Source: Felis catus (Eukaryota). Taken from it: a stretch of DNA of 64,000 nucleotides. Within the stretch, counting starts at the first letter, position 1; each line of letters starts with the position of its first letter. The translations under genes and the position numbers were made by a program. The notes beneath the pieces are model-generated. The model did no database searches and had not been told where the DNA came from. It worked only from the letters and a program-made list of their open reading frames with translations. This document shows positions 12,281-25,020 of the stretch, piece after piece. The stretch spans positions 167,526,001 through 167,590,000 of the forward strand of contig NC_058368.1 of assembly GCF_018350175.1 (NCBI RefSeq), written 5' to 3'.

Positions 12281-14698
12281 CCAGAGACTTATACACTATG
12301 AAGCAACTAACCACTACTGTTTGAGTAAAAAGGGTGGTATTAAACTTACGAACAGAAACTATTGCTGAGGACCTTTTTAAAAGAATACATTACTAGAGGA
12401 AATGGTCTGTTAGAGAAGGACAATGAACTATTAAATCCCCCTCCCTAACCAAGTATATAGTAATTCTCACATTGAATTCAAACATTAAAAGATCTTGGAC
12501 AGGGAGAAAAATAGGCCAGAGTCACCTGGATTCTTGCCCTAACTCCAGAAAGTTGACGTCACATAATCAAGACCTATTTAAAAGCTAGTTGTATCGGTTT
12601 AACGCAAACTCTGAGCAGAAAGCTACCTCCTAATGGCTAAAGAAACTGTTTCCACTTTCTAAGAGGCAAGACCCATAAAGGAAGGACCTCTAATTTCTGG
12701 TAATTACCCTGGTACCTTAAAGTCGGTAATTACATGGAGAACCATGCCCTGAACTGGCCTTCAGTTTGTTCCAAACCCAGTGCATGTAATTAGCCTTGAT
12801 TAATATCCCACATTTCACATCAACAGAAACAGTGAATCCAAATGATCCCCATATTCTGCTGCCTCAGGAAACCTCGCTGTTCAAATTCTGTGCCTTTATC
12901 AAGGGAACATGCTGAGCAAATGGGATCAAATGATGCCTTGGCACCTACCTTGGTCTAACTATTCAGAGGGAAGCAGCAATGCCTTTCATGTAATCATCTT
13001 AATCCCTTGTATCAACTAATTAATACACAGAGAAAGCTTTTACTTGCATGTGAGCAATTATACCAAGTTCCTGGTCGGTGTCCAAATGGATTCACAATAT
13101 AATTCATGAACAATGAGGCAGTGGGAAAGACAGTTTCCAAAGATGACTTTTAAAATGAAAAAGGAGCTGGGGGGGACAGGAATAAAATGACTTTGTTAAC
13201 AGTAGGGAGAGAGGACAAAAAAAGGTCAGTTTCTCAAAAAAATTCAACTTCAGAACCCTATTTTGCATACGACTTGCTTAAACAGGTAAATTTATGTGAG
13301 CAAAGTAAGACCCAATAGAGAGTAAAGAGCTTTGACTCTATGTCCTTACAAAGTTGAAATACCATGGAGTTACTTACAAGGGGCTTGAAAACAAAGAAAA
13401 CTGATGCCATTAAATAACTAGCTTCAACTAAAAATAAGCCAAAATAGACTCACTGCATACAGACTTTTGAAAGGCAACTAAGATTTGAGCTCAATGATTT
13501 CACATTCCTCCCTTGGGGTACCTGTTGCGTGGCCTTTTTTTTTTTTTTTTTAATGCCAAAGACAGTGCATCAGTATTTGCAGCAGCCTGAGAACTCATCC
13601 AAGAATTGGGAACATGGAGCAGCAGGGGTTGGGGGGCAGTGAGTGAGCGAGTAGGGAAGACTGCTCGGGTGCCTGCACAAAAGGACATCCAAAGCATCGG
13701 CACCTGCTGTAGGGTTTCTGCTCTCGTGTCTGCCCCAGCCAGAGTGGGAATCGCTCCAGCGTCGGGGCAGCTTGTAATCCAATGTGGGGCAGAGGGCACA
13801 GGAACCTAGTGGCTCAGGCATTCAAGGAAAGGCTCAGTAATGAAGCACCACATTGTGGTAACGAGCCCCGGGTGTGTGCTGTGAACTTCCCCTGCGCAGA
13901 TGGCTCGCTGTCTGGGGAAAGCATTATCCAGCACAGCACAGTCAACAAGTACACTGAATCCAAGATTCAAGAAACAAAACACTTCCTCCAATCACCCCCT
14001 ACCACCAGACCACGCTGAAGCTGCTTAAAAATTGCCAAGGGTCTTCCTTTTTTTTTTTTTTTTTTTAAGAGTAAGATGCTGATCACATAGGTTTGGGCTC
14101 TCTGATTTAAATACTGTACTGAGCCACCCTGGGAACCAGACAGTATCCTCCCGGCTACAAGGCTAAAGAATGAGCAATCACCAGCCCGTGGAATTTTCAT
14201 GATCCAGTTTCCCCACCTTCCCGCCGCATACCCACTGGCAGAAACCAAAGGGCTGTCACCCTGATGAGAGAAAACAAAGCTCTGCAACTGTGTTATGAAA
14301 CAGGTTTCTCCTTTCCCATAGACATTCCTTTATGGCTAGGTCATGTAAAACAGCAAAATGCTCAATGAACACACTTGGTCCTGTTCCCCGCAGGTGACTG
14401 TGCCCTTCAACTTGACCTGAGATACAGGGAGAGGGAAAGAAAACCACTCTCCAATTTCTAAGTAAAAGGTGACCAGACAGCAGCTATAGCAAAGCACAGC
14501 CTACTGTTAACAACAAAAAGAAATTGAAAGCAGCAATGTGGACAGCACAGTCATACAGGTGTGGGCCAGGACCTGAGAGGGCAAAATAAAATGCTTCTGG
14601 GGTCGAATCTGGGGCCAAATTGACTGAAAAGGCCAGACTGGCAGAGAACCTGATTTGAGCGGCTCTGGCACAGACAAACCTGTTCTTATCTGGCAAGG

Positions 14699-14713
14699 GC
14701 ACCCCCTGCTGGC
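14699..14713 (-). promoter_or_regulatory. CTCF core motif match
   Basis: Minus strand GCCAGCAGGGGGTGC versus consensus CCASYAGRKGGCRS (one mismatch); non-repeat, GC-elevated context. Confidence 0.5.
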
Positions 14714-17416
14714 AGCTGGGCCGAACTCCGCCTCTTGGTCCAGCTCCAGACAGCCTGCAAATCCCTTTGGAGGAGGCCAGGAAGGGGCAACGAACTCGGG
14801 CAAAGAGAGTCTCTTGTAAGGCACACAATGGGAGCAAAAGGTCCTGTCATAGCACAGTCACTGCCCAAAGCCACAATCTTTGTCCAGTCACGGTTCTGTG
14901 CAGTCAGATAGATTCCAAGCAGGCTGAAAAGAATGAATACAAACCTGATTGCTATTTTGCATGTGAGAAGTTGAGAAAGTTAGGCAGGAGGGGGGACACA
15001 AAAGGGACCATAAAAAGATTCTTAAGTCACTTGCATATACCCCGCTTTTTCACTGGAGGAAATCCTGCCTACCCTTTTAAAGGCAAGAGTTTATCAGGAC
15101 ATTCTTAATAGTAATTATTTCAATCCTTAGCCTAGGACGCTGTAGTGCTTGATTAAAATGCATTCCAACATTAGGTCAGAACTTACTGCCAACAAAATAG
15201 AAGACTAAAATCAGTTTTGCACTCCCATTGTTTCTCTTGTACATGATACTACCATGCACACACACATTTTCATGTCCCTCCCAAGTTTTTACTTCCCTTC
15301 CTTTTCATCCAGTTCTTTTCCATTTCTTTTTCTGTTAAGCTCTTACAAAATCACCCTGTTGTTTTATAGTATCAGCTCACTGCCCCCTAAAATGATTGCC
15401 CTCAAAAATCATAGCATCCAATGTCTTCAGCAGAAAATCCTATGTAATGCGGGCTTCTGTGTAAGCTCATTCCCACTGTCATCAATTGGAGATGCTTACT
15501 TAAGGAACACTGCCAAGACGTTCAGCTAGGCTCCATCAGCTAAGACAACCAAAGAGAAACCTGTTCATAAAGGCCCAGAGGGTCTCTCCCCTACTGGCAC
15601 AAATGTCATACATGAGTATCTTTAGCTCACGTTATCTGCCCTTAGTCTCAGTGAGTTCACCAGCTCAGGCTGAACTTAGCTTCTCCCTGGGACCTCAATC
15701 TCCTGTCTGTTCCCAGCTCTCAACTTCAAACACAGGGGACAGAGAAGGCAAGGCATCTAGGCGTGAGCAGAGAAATATAATGGGCAAAACAAACATGCTT
15801 CATCTCCTTTGGGTCATTTGGTTTGGTTTTCATTTTCTGGTTTACATATGAAACCAGGGGGGTAAGAAATGCCAGTGGCACACAGGCCCCAAGGACAAAT
15901 GCTCTCATTTCAGAATTTAAAAATAATTTCCAAAAGCTAGAAATCTCAGGGCTTGTTCTTTATTTAATCATCCTTGCTGAAATTTTTAGGTTACATTTCT
16001 TCATATCACTGACGCAACCAAACGGCTGTCCAGGTGAAAACCACTTTTTTTTTTTTTTTTTAGCTTGTACCATAGACGTCCATCCCCAGGAATAACATGA
16101 TTATTTGAGCTTCCATGCTGTGGTTTACACAGTTCAACCTTTACCTATCAAAAGGTCTGACAGTGAGTGTGTGGGTCTATTCTATTCTTATTTATAAGAG
16201 GGGAGAACAGAGCAGTTTTAGAATGAACAAAATCAATCCCTACCAGTTTGGGGAACAAGCCTCTGCTTTGAATGAACTGTCAAGACATGTGCCATCTGTT
16301 TGGCCCCATGTCCAAGGAGGCTGAAGGTTTCATAATCAAAATATAAGATTTTTATTCTTTACCACTCAGATAGCAGGAGCCTCATTAGACTTGGTAGGAT
16401 TTTAGCTATTCTCTTATACCCTAAAGCACAAAAATACATATCTATATTTATACTCTAATGCACATATGTACAAAATAATCTTTAAGAAAAAAACAGAATC
16501 GTAGGATCATGCTTGCTTTATTTCACATGTGGGGATAAGCATGATAGCTATCAACTGGCCTTCTTAGTGAATTTGAGACCTATTCAAACTTTTCCCAATA
16601 TGGTCTGGTACAAAAAAGTTGCTTGGAAGAATTCTGTGGATTTTTATCATGGCATCAAACATCACTAAATGATAAGTGACATGTAAGTATGAGGGAAAGT
16701 GCCTTATGAATCTAAACTTCTGTTTTTGGATACTGTCCTTTTCTCATATTGTAACAATACTAAGACCCCTCCCTTGCCAAAAAAAAAAAAAATCAACAAA
16801 TAACCTCTGACTGATACCAAACCCCTTTAGATTAAGCTCAATATGCCATTAATATGAAAAGAATTTGACAGTTTACATAAGGGATGTGACCTAGTGCCAA
16901 CAACCTCTGGCTTCTCCATTCTCCAGATGGTAGCAGATTAGTAGGCAGCCTTTATTCTCCTAAGAAGATTTTTTTCCCCCCATGGAAAAACTATAAAGGC
17001 CAATTCTGTTCCAAACTTCAAGTCTCCTTCACAAATGTCTACTCAATTCTGGGCCTTAACTAATGCCTATTAAAAGAAGCCCTTGGGCTTGAAGCTGTGG
17101 AAGGAGGGAAAAAGACTAAGGCAAACTTAACTCTAATGCCTGCCTTTAAAAGATCTATTGACAGAAGCAGTGGGGAGAGTTTGAACTAATGTTAACTTAA
17201 AGAAAAAGGCTGGTGAGATTCAATTGTGGATGTGAATGCTTGCTTGAGTTTGATCTTGACGGGGCTTAAGATAAGGGAGATAAAAACCTAAGCCTACTTA
17301 CATATTAAAAAATGCAGTTGTGCTAAATTCACTACATACCACTGTTCTCAATTTGATTTATGCCCATCATCACCAAAGACGTTGAAGGACATCCCTGTCT
17401 AATATGGTAAAAAGCC

Positions 17417-17431
17417 ACAGCAGAGGGCACT
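17417..17431 (+). promoter_or_regulatory. CTCF core motif match
   Basis: ACAGCAGAGGGCACT versus CCASYAGRKGGCRS (one mismatch at position 1). Confidence 0.4.
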
Positions 17432-20400
17432 TGCTCCGCTTTGCTATGCTAACATGAAAAATCATTTCCTACAATGCATGATGTTCTTTGCCATTAATTC
17501 TTCAAATGCAACAAAGAATAAAAACAGAATTTTTCTTTGGTCCCTTTCTGGAGGTATAAATGTAACGGTTAATCAAAAAGATCCGAGGGGTGAAAAACAG
17601 CTCTTAAGCTCTAAGAAATTCTTCCCCCAACAGATAGGAAGTCATCTTGAATAACCAGAAAAAAAATCTTATTTTATAAACAGACTGACCCCAGTAAAAA
17701 TTTTAAGAACATTCAGCTGCATTTAAAGTCTAGAAACCTAACTAGATACCTCCTCAAAATGTCTGGCTTGTTCTGAGGTTGCCAGGACACATACTATATT
17801 TTCCAAAGAAAAAAAAAACTGTTTTCTAGCAATCTTTCAAACATGTGTAAACTTCTTTTAACCCTCTACTTCATAAAGTTGAGACACTTGTTATGTAGAA
17901 TTTATTATTTCTATTAATATTTTCACAAGTTGGTGACATTGTGGTAAATTTTACCTGGATTTTTTTCTTCCCATGTAAGTTAGTCATGATCTGTGAGATC
18001 CTAAAAACTAGAAAATACTCCTTTTTAAACCTACTATGCACAATGAAAACAAGTAGCTTACAGCACATGGTCCCTAGCATCAAGGACTTTACAACCCACT
18101 AGGAAAACTGGACCCGAGAAATGACAAGTGTTAGTAAAAATGCAATGTGTCAGGGAAGAGGACATCAAAAAGAAAAAAGACACACGTCTAGGATCCCCAC
18201 TATTTAGCATGACCTACTTCCACCAGTTTCCAAAATCATTTAGTTAAAAGAACATCAGCATTTGCCGATAGCAAATATACTTAGCGGTCCCCAGAAATAA
18301 AAGTTTTCATGGAAATCTCAAAGGCAATAAAAAGAAGAGATTTATTTAATTTCTTTTCTGTGAACTGCCTCATTTCCTTAAGGAAGAAATGCCAGGCAAA
18401 CAGTAATTTAAATGATCATGTTAAACACTCACCCAAGAATACCTGTCCAAAATGATGACAGCCCAGAACTCATCTAAAACAAATGTTTGGTTCTCCAAAG
18501 GCACTGCATGGTACAAAATGGGTTCTTTTCAAATAATGTTTTCTAGTTTCCTGTTCTTACCACAGCATTCTAACAGAATGTCCATTTCTATGGTCAGTAT
18601 CCTATTTTTTTTTTTTAACTGAGAAAAGTTACATCCAGTAAAGGAACTATCCCTCAATCCAATAAGTGGGACCATCCTGGCAATCAGATAATATGTTTAG
18701 GAAACGGCTTAAGGAAATGAGCTAATAACTTGACTGAACACAAGCAGATTATCTCTGATTGCTACAAAGAATGCTATTAGGGGGCACTATGTTTTCAAGT
18801 GATCATTTTTCCAGCCTGTTACAGAAAGGTTAATCTGCAGCCTTATTCATAAAATCAATTTTGAATCATGCCAAATACAAAAGAATTACATTAAAAATAC
18901 ATCATCAGGAACTATGCTGACATTTCTTTCAATTGTCTTCAGAAAGACTAATTCAGATATTTTCCTGACCCTAAGCTTACCCATGAAAATAAAGGCTGTA
19001 TATATATCACTTTATCAATGAACAATCTGTTTACCTATCAAGTTGGAGTAGACTTGAGTGATGGGAAAATACAACGGTTGTTTATAAAGGCTCTTATAAG
19101 GCTGTTAATCTCAAAATTCTTCAGTTTGTGAAGATGAGGGAACATGAACAGAGAAACTTGCCTTGGTGTTATTTAACTCAAACACTAAGCCTCCTTCCTT
19201 TAGAATCTCAGGAGAACTGCTTAGACTATACAGTACTTAAGTGAGATGAAACCTTTCCTCTAATCCACCAAGTGATAGTCAAGTCACCTCGCACATAAAC
19301 TTCCCTCACTCCATAGATCAGCATTCCAGGGTTATCTCTGGTCCAAAACACAGAACCCTGTTTCAACCTGCCCATCTAGCTAAGCCTGAGTCAGAGCATT
19401 TAGGCGAATAGTTAAGTCTATAGATTTCACTCTTGGTTCAAAAAGACCCAGTGGCGAGTTGCACCAGTTTTTCACCCTTGGCTGGCAGCAGATCAGATTG
19501 TGAAATGTAAATCAAAATACCTTTCACCTGCAAAATGACCAACATAAATGCCAATACAGATTTCCTCAGGCCCTGGGGGAGGTTTGTAGAGGCGCTCCAG
19601 CCACCTGGTCACTCCAAAACGAGTCGATTGTGAATGTAAAACTCAAACCTTGCTTGAGAAAGGAGCCTGGGAAAAGGGGAAATCTGCCATTCCCAGATGA
19701 AGTCAGTTTCTCAGCTGGGCTGTTTTGTCTATGAACAACATTTCATAGTTCCTACGAAATCTAAATATCAGATACTACTGCAGGCCAAAAAAAGACGAGC
19801 TACGTTCCCTTTCCAGACAGAGAAAACCCTGTGAAGTTTTAACAGTAAGGGATGGATCCTAACGGAACACAGAAACCGGGAAATTTTAGGATGCCCCACT
19901 CCAGCTGGATTACATCCAATACCCACTTATCTGAGATAGAATTAGACCAAATGTCAAGAGTAAAGAATGGATAGGCTTACCCCTTCGTGTATCGGGAAGA
20001 GCTGGTCTTAGTGTTCTGCTGACATTTTAAGTATAAAAGGGTCTTATTGTAAACTCTGGACCCCCAGAAGGGCTGTTTCTAGAGAACTCTGAAAGGAGAG
20101 ATTAGTTGGGGGAGCCTCAGCATCGGATTCCACCCTTCAATCACGTTAGACACAGAGCTTTAGCCACTTTTTCGCTTAAAGTCATGCATGTGGTCAAAAG
20201 TTTAATTATATCACCGGCTGCATCAGCAAGCATATTGTCTGCCATCCACAGGAGGGATAAAACCTTTTTGGAGCACTGGGGTTCAGACATCACTGTGGAA
20301 GCCTTCCCAAAATGTTGGGTTATGCCTGACAGTTGGTATTTTTTCCCTTAACTGATCAAAGAACACAGCCTGGATCCTGGTAAGATTATAAAAGGTTTCC

Positions 20401-20529
20401 CTCAAATTCTGAACTTTGGAGACAGAGTAGGGACCTTACCCAAATAGCTGATTTTTTTTTTTAATGGATTGAGTCTAAACACAGTCAAATTGGCACCTTT
20501 GACACAACTGACTGGTTCTTTGCTAACCA

Positions 20530-20625
20530 CTCATTCCTTCATTCAGTCGACAAGAATTTATTAAATCCCTGGGTGTTGAGAAGATGCAAAAGAAGGCCTC
20601 TCCTAGAGAAGTTTGTAAGCTAAGC
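20530..20625 (-). mobile_element. L2 3' end fragment
   Basis: ctcattccttcattcagtcgacaagaatttattaaat resembles the reverse of the L2 (TGAA)n tail. Confidence 0.5.
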
Positions 20626-21229
20626 CAGCCAAACACCAAGGCATTAAACTAGTTATGAGTCAAACTGGTTGGTTGTACATGTGGACTGGGCACAAATCCA
20701 TGAAGTCTGAAGTAACCCTGAGTTTCATTCTGAATGTTGAGAAATGCTGATTGTAATCAGTTTTGGGTTGTGGATTTGAGGGGTACCAGGCAAAAAGATG
20801 CTGCCCTGGAATCAGCTTCCAGCCCAGAGAGGACTCAGAGGGGTCCATGTGAGGCCAAAACCAGCTGCCAGTTCTAATCAGTAGAGAGAGAAAAAAAAAA
20901 GTTAGAAACTACTCCAGACTTTTCTATAAATAGCTTTCGGTATTAATACAAGTGGTCTGAAAGTTCTAAGATATGTCAAATACCAGAAAAAAAAAATGAT
21001 AAATGGTGTAAGCCAGACTAATCAGTTAAGAGCCATCCTTATAAGCATCCATTGTTATGAACATCTGTCCAGCTAATACCAATGACGACAGATTTCCTTC
21101 CCTGCATATACACCCTCACCCATACACACTTGCTGAGGAGAATTCACATTTCAGTGAAAGGACATAATGGCAACACGATCCACCAAAGACAAAGCCATTG
21201 CTCTGAGGCTGAGAGTGAGCCTGTGATGC

Positions 21230-21695
21230 TATCCGCCGACTTATAATGGGGCACAGTAGGCCCAGTGCCTAGGGCCCATGCAGTGTTTTCATTTTGTTTA
21301 AAATAAAAGCAAAACTAAAATCCAGCTTTGATTATACTCCTCTTTAGGAGTACAGTCATGGGGCGCCTGGGTGGCGCAGTTGGTTAAGCGTCCGACTTCA
21401 GCCAGGTCACGATCTCGCGGTCGGTGAGTTCGAGCCCCGTGTCGGGCTCTGGGCTGATGGCTCAGAGCCTGGAGCCTGTTTCTGATTCTGTGTCTCCCTC
21501 TCTCTCTGCCCCTCCCCCGTTCATGCTTTGTCTCTCTCTGTCCCAAATATAAAAATAAAACGTTGAAAAAAAAATTAAAAAAAAAAAAAGGAGTACAGTC
21601 ATAAGACAGAATTTTTAATTTTTTTTTTTTTTATGAAGGAACAGGCCCATGAAGACAAAAGTGCTTGGGGCTACATAAATCATACTGTGGCTCTG
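21230..21695 (+). mobile_element. Non-autonomous hAT-Tip100-type DNA transposon (ORSL-like) split by a young SINE
   Basis: Left arm ttataatggggcacagtaggcccagtgcctagggcccatg...aatccagctttgattatactcctcttta. Right arm tttttatgaaggaacaggcccatgaagacaaaagtgcttggggctacataaatcatactgtggctctg. The arms are collinear across the SINE. Family name from memory. Confidence 0.6.
21360..21588 (+). mobile_element. Young feline SINE (SINEC_Fc type), full length
   Basis: ggggcgcctgggtggcgcagttggttaagcgtccgacttcagccaggtcacgatctcgcgg...gggctgatggctcagagcctggagcctg. Many intact CpGs. Perfect 14-bp TSD aggagtacagtcat at 21346-21359 and 21589-21602. Confidence 0.97.
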
Positions 21696-21704
21696 ATCAG
21701 AAAT

Positions 21705-22080
21705 GCTACTTTCTGTGTGCCTCTTGGATGCCATGAACTCTACATAACCTCTCTACCCAACAATTTTAGAAGTATTAACATTGTCACTATTTTATATATG
21801 TGGATATTACAGTGCAAAATGCTTAAGTAATCTTGATACACAAGAAAGAACATGCATTTTAGAGACAAACACAGCTGGATTGGAATTGTGACTCCTCCAT
21901 TAAGCAACTATAGATACTGAGCAAGGTACAACCTTCTGCGGCTAAGAGAATTGGATAAAATGTATGCAAAGAGCCTGACACAGAATAAGTAATAAATAGT
22001 GGCCATTACCATAATCATTATTATTGCCCAAGGTTAAATAGCTAGCGGCTGAACCAGCATTCTACTTCAGGTCTGCTGTG
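21705..22080. mobile_element. Nested MIR fragments (minus / plus / minus)
   Basis: Minus-strand MIR to ...gcttaagtaatct (~21833). Plus-strand MIR agaaagaacatgcattttagagacaaacacagctggattggaat...gagcctgacacagaataagtaataaatagtggccatta (~21840-22022). The minus-strand core then resumes at tgcccaaggttaaatagctag. Confidence 0.55.
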
Positions 22081-22179
22081 GAATTTTTTTTTTTTTCTCC
22101 CCATGCTACTGTGTTCTCTTCAGACCCATACAACAAACAAGAAGCCCCAAGCATCCTATACTACATGTGACTTGGCCTT

Positions 22180-22221
22180 AAAATAAATAAATAAATAAAT
22201 AAAACAAATAAATAAATAAAT
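22180..22221. repeat. (TAAA)n microsatellite
   Basis: aaataaataaataaataaataaaacaaataaataaataaat. Confidence 0.9.
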
Positions 22222-23132
22222 GAAATCCTTAAATAAAATCGTTCTATGCAGAAAAGAAAAAAATGTAAAAGCCACACAAAATACTGCCACTCTTTTTTTC
22301 TTCCTCCTCTTAGCAGACATTAGCAATAGGACTTGGTAATTCCAGTTCCAAAAAAAAAAAAAAAAAAAAGCATCATGAATTAACTGTTCAGTTAAAATGC
22401 TTTCATCCACCAAAGAGGCTGCGCCCTTGACTCACTTCTAGCAGAACTTCTACATACTCCACATTTCACAGCGTGAGCTGTGCTTCTGACCTTTGTGTCA
22501 TTCAGCAATTTCACTTATTAGTCAATCCAACTCTCCGCAGTTGTTTACAGTGTTTCAACTACAGAAGAGGTAGCATGTTTAATCAACCACAACTCAGAAT
22601 ATTTTTTAATAAAAGTCTTTATCCATAAATCTCCTAACAGTTTGCCGTTGTCTATAGCAGTGCCTGGACCTTCAAGACCGATTTTCTATGCCTTTGATGA
22701 GGACTTCAACAATAATTCAAGCCCTCAGAAAGGTATATTAGAGGACTAGCATAATCACACTTCTGAAGGTACTTGACAAGTCTATATAGCTACACAGAAA
22801 TTACAATTTAAAGAGCTCCTTTCAGTTACCAACTGCCACTGCAATTGAAGATACTTAATTCTACAAGTTAAATCTCTGACAAGTCCACATGAACACAGGG
22901 AGGAGTGTTCCATTTAGAGAGCAGTGATTTAGTACACCAACTTCTATCTTTGAATTTAAAAATTAAAGACATTTGCATGAGAACAGGGTCTATACCTTAA
23001 ACTCATTTTGTCCTGCTGTTTATTTATCCTTGCCCACATCGTCTTTTCATGATTATCTGAAATGATGAAAAACTGGGGTGAGCAACCACAAGGCACAAAG
23101 GTGGACAAAACTCATAACGCACACCCGTTCCT

Positions 23133-23348
23133 GGAAAAAGAGAGGGGGGGGAGGGGGAAGCGGGGGGGAGGGGGAAGCGAGGGGGAGGGGGAGCGAGGGG
23201 GAGGGGGAGGGGGAGCGAGGGGGAGGGGGAGCGAGGGGGAGGGGGAGCGAGGGGGAGGGGGAGGGGGAGCGAGGGGGAGGGGGAGCGAGGGGGAGGGGGA
23301 GCGAGGGGGAGGGGGAGCGAGGGGGAGGGGGAGAGGGAGAGAAAGAAG
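23133..23348. repeat. G-rich polypurine minisatellite, unit ~GAGCGA(GGGGGA)1-2GGGG
   Basis: About 215 nt of purines interrupted only by the C of GCG; more than 20 G-runs of 5 or more. Confidence 0.95.
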
Positions 23349-24789
23349 CACACATACACTTATGTTGTGCTATTCCATTAGCTGTGTACGCCCAAAAGTT
23401 TGGCTGTTCAGGTCTATTTGTTACCTTCCAAATAGTACAAATCTCTGACCTTAAGATCAGTGTATTGGAAAAAAAAAAAAAAAAGCCTAGGGAATTTCCT
23501 AATCTCAGCACTGTGCCAGTATATTAATAATTTTTACTGTAAATTTGTGCTCTAGGGTATAACTGGAAAATGACTTCAAACAAGACATTTTTAAGATGTG
23601 TGTTTGTGTACAAAATAGATCTTAGTACAGTTATAGCAAAATCCAGCTAAAATTGAGCAATTCAGGCTGTGAGCAATAGAGCCAGCCAGCCCATGTAACT
23701 CGGGCCCAGCTCCTTCCTCCCAGCATGCTCATCTGCCAGAATTCCATTAATGGCTTCCAGGACACCACATTTTTTCACCTTGGAAGAAATGAATACGGGG
23801 TAAACTGTTTCATAGGCAGTACTGAAAGAGGCTTTAGAAATAACTTAGTCTACCTCTTTCCCCACCTGCTGAAGTTTCATTCCCCTGTGATATGATCCTG
23901 AGAGATTATTCATTATCCTGGTCCTTTACCCCTGAGACACATGAAGAAATAACAGAGCAACTGTGCCTTTAGGGATGGTAACAGCCAAAAACAGTAAAAA
24001 ATTCCACTAGTCAAGAGCACCTTGAATATCTGATTAAACTGCAGGACAGAATTATACTTCAGTTCCAATGCAAACTGTTTAAAATCAGTTCCAAAGTCAT
24101 CTATGCTGGTGGCCCACTGCTGCTGGAGCCTCCACTGCCAGGTCCAAGGATGGGATTGAATTTCCCCAGACAGTTCTCTACTGCAGACAGTAACAGTTGC
24201 CACATTCAAGTTTCATATGTTATAGCACCCTGTGATTTAGACTCAAGTTCCACTTGTACAGCTGCCTGCCTTCGTGTGTAAATAGGAACAGAGAGTAGAG
24301 TCTAGGTCCCTAGCGCAGGCAAAACAGATCCTTTTCTATCTTAAGAGACAAACTTGCTGTCCCAGTGCCTCAGGAGAACCAGAACTCTTGTATCATTTTA
24401 GCAGCCAAAACATCTTTGCTCGATACCCAGAAAAGGATGTAAGTGGCATGTTGTGGATTCTCCTTAGATCACTTATGTCAGCCAAGGTCAACGCAAACAA
24501 GTTAAAAAAAAATTCAGAGACGAAAGCACCTCGAATTTCGTCTCTTCCAAGAAAGGGAGAAAAAAGAATCACTTTTTACATGTACCTTGACAACCCCGGT
24601 GGCCCAAAAGTCTCACTTTAGGTACCGGAGTATAAATTAATCATTTATAAGTGGAAGATGGGTGTGAAAAAGACAAACTGAAGACTTTTTCAAACACAGA
24701 TTGGTCATAGCTCTCACAGAGTCATACAGTATTACTTCCAAGCCCATTTTCACCATTTAATTAGTATAGGGTTTTGTGCTTGTGACATG

Positions 24790-25020
24790 CTAGAGCATCC
24801 CACCTAGTCCCCAGTCTGGCATACAGCAGGTACTCAATACATTTTGGTGGATTGAACAGGTATTTGAACAGGTATTTGAAAACTACTTGTATTTATGAAT
24901 CCTTCAACTTACCTGCACAAGAATTTAAGCTCATTTGGGACTGGGATGATGTTTTGTTCACTGAAGCATGTGTAAAACTGAATGTTACAAATAGCATTTA
25001 ACTTAATAAATGTTTAGAGC
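24790..25020 (+). mobile_element. L2 3' fragments
   Basis: cagtctggcatacagcaggtactcaatacattttggtggattgaa; gaatttaagctcatttgggactgggatgatgttttgttcactg...aataaatgttta. Confidence 0.55.

Noticed and set aside
21298..21546. ORF MGQRETKHERGRG... and similar ORFs at 35032, 38248, 42326, 42561, 53230, 54267 and 58932
   Set aside because: Translations of Can-SINE sequence.
23024..23527. Pro-rich and Gly/Glu/Arg-rich ORFs of 79-152 aa
   Set aside because: Produced by the G-rich minisatellite in five frames; no splice or start context.
24904..24915. Consensus minus-strand donor CAG|GTAAGT
   Set aside because: Lies in L2-like sequence, and I found no convincing upstream acceptor.
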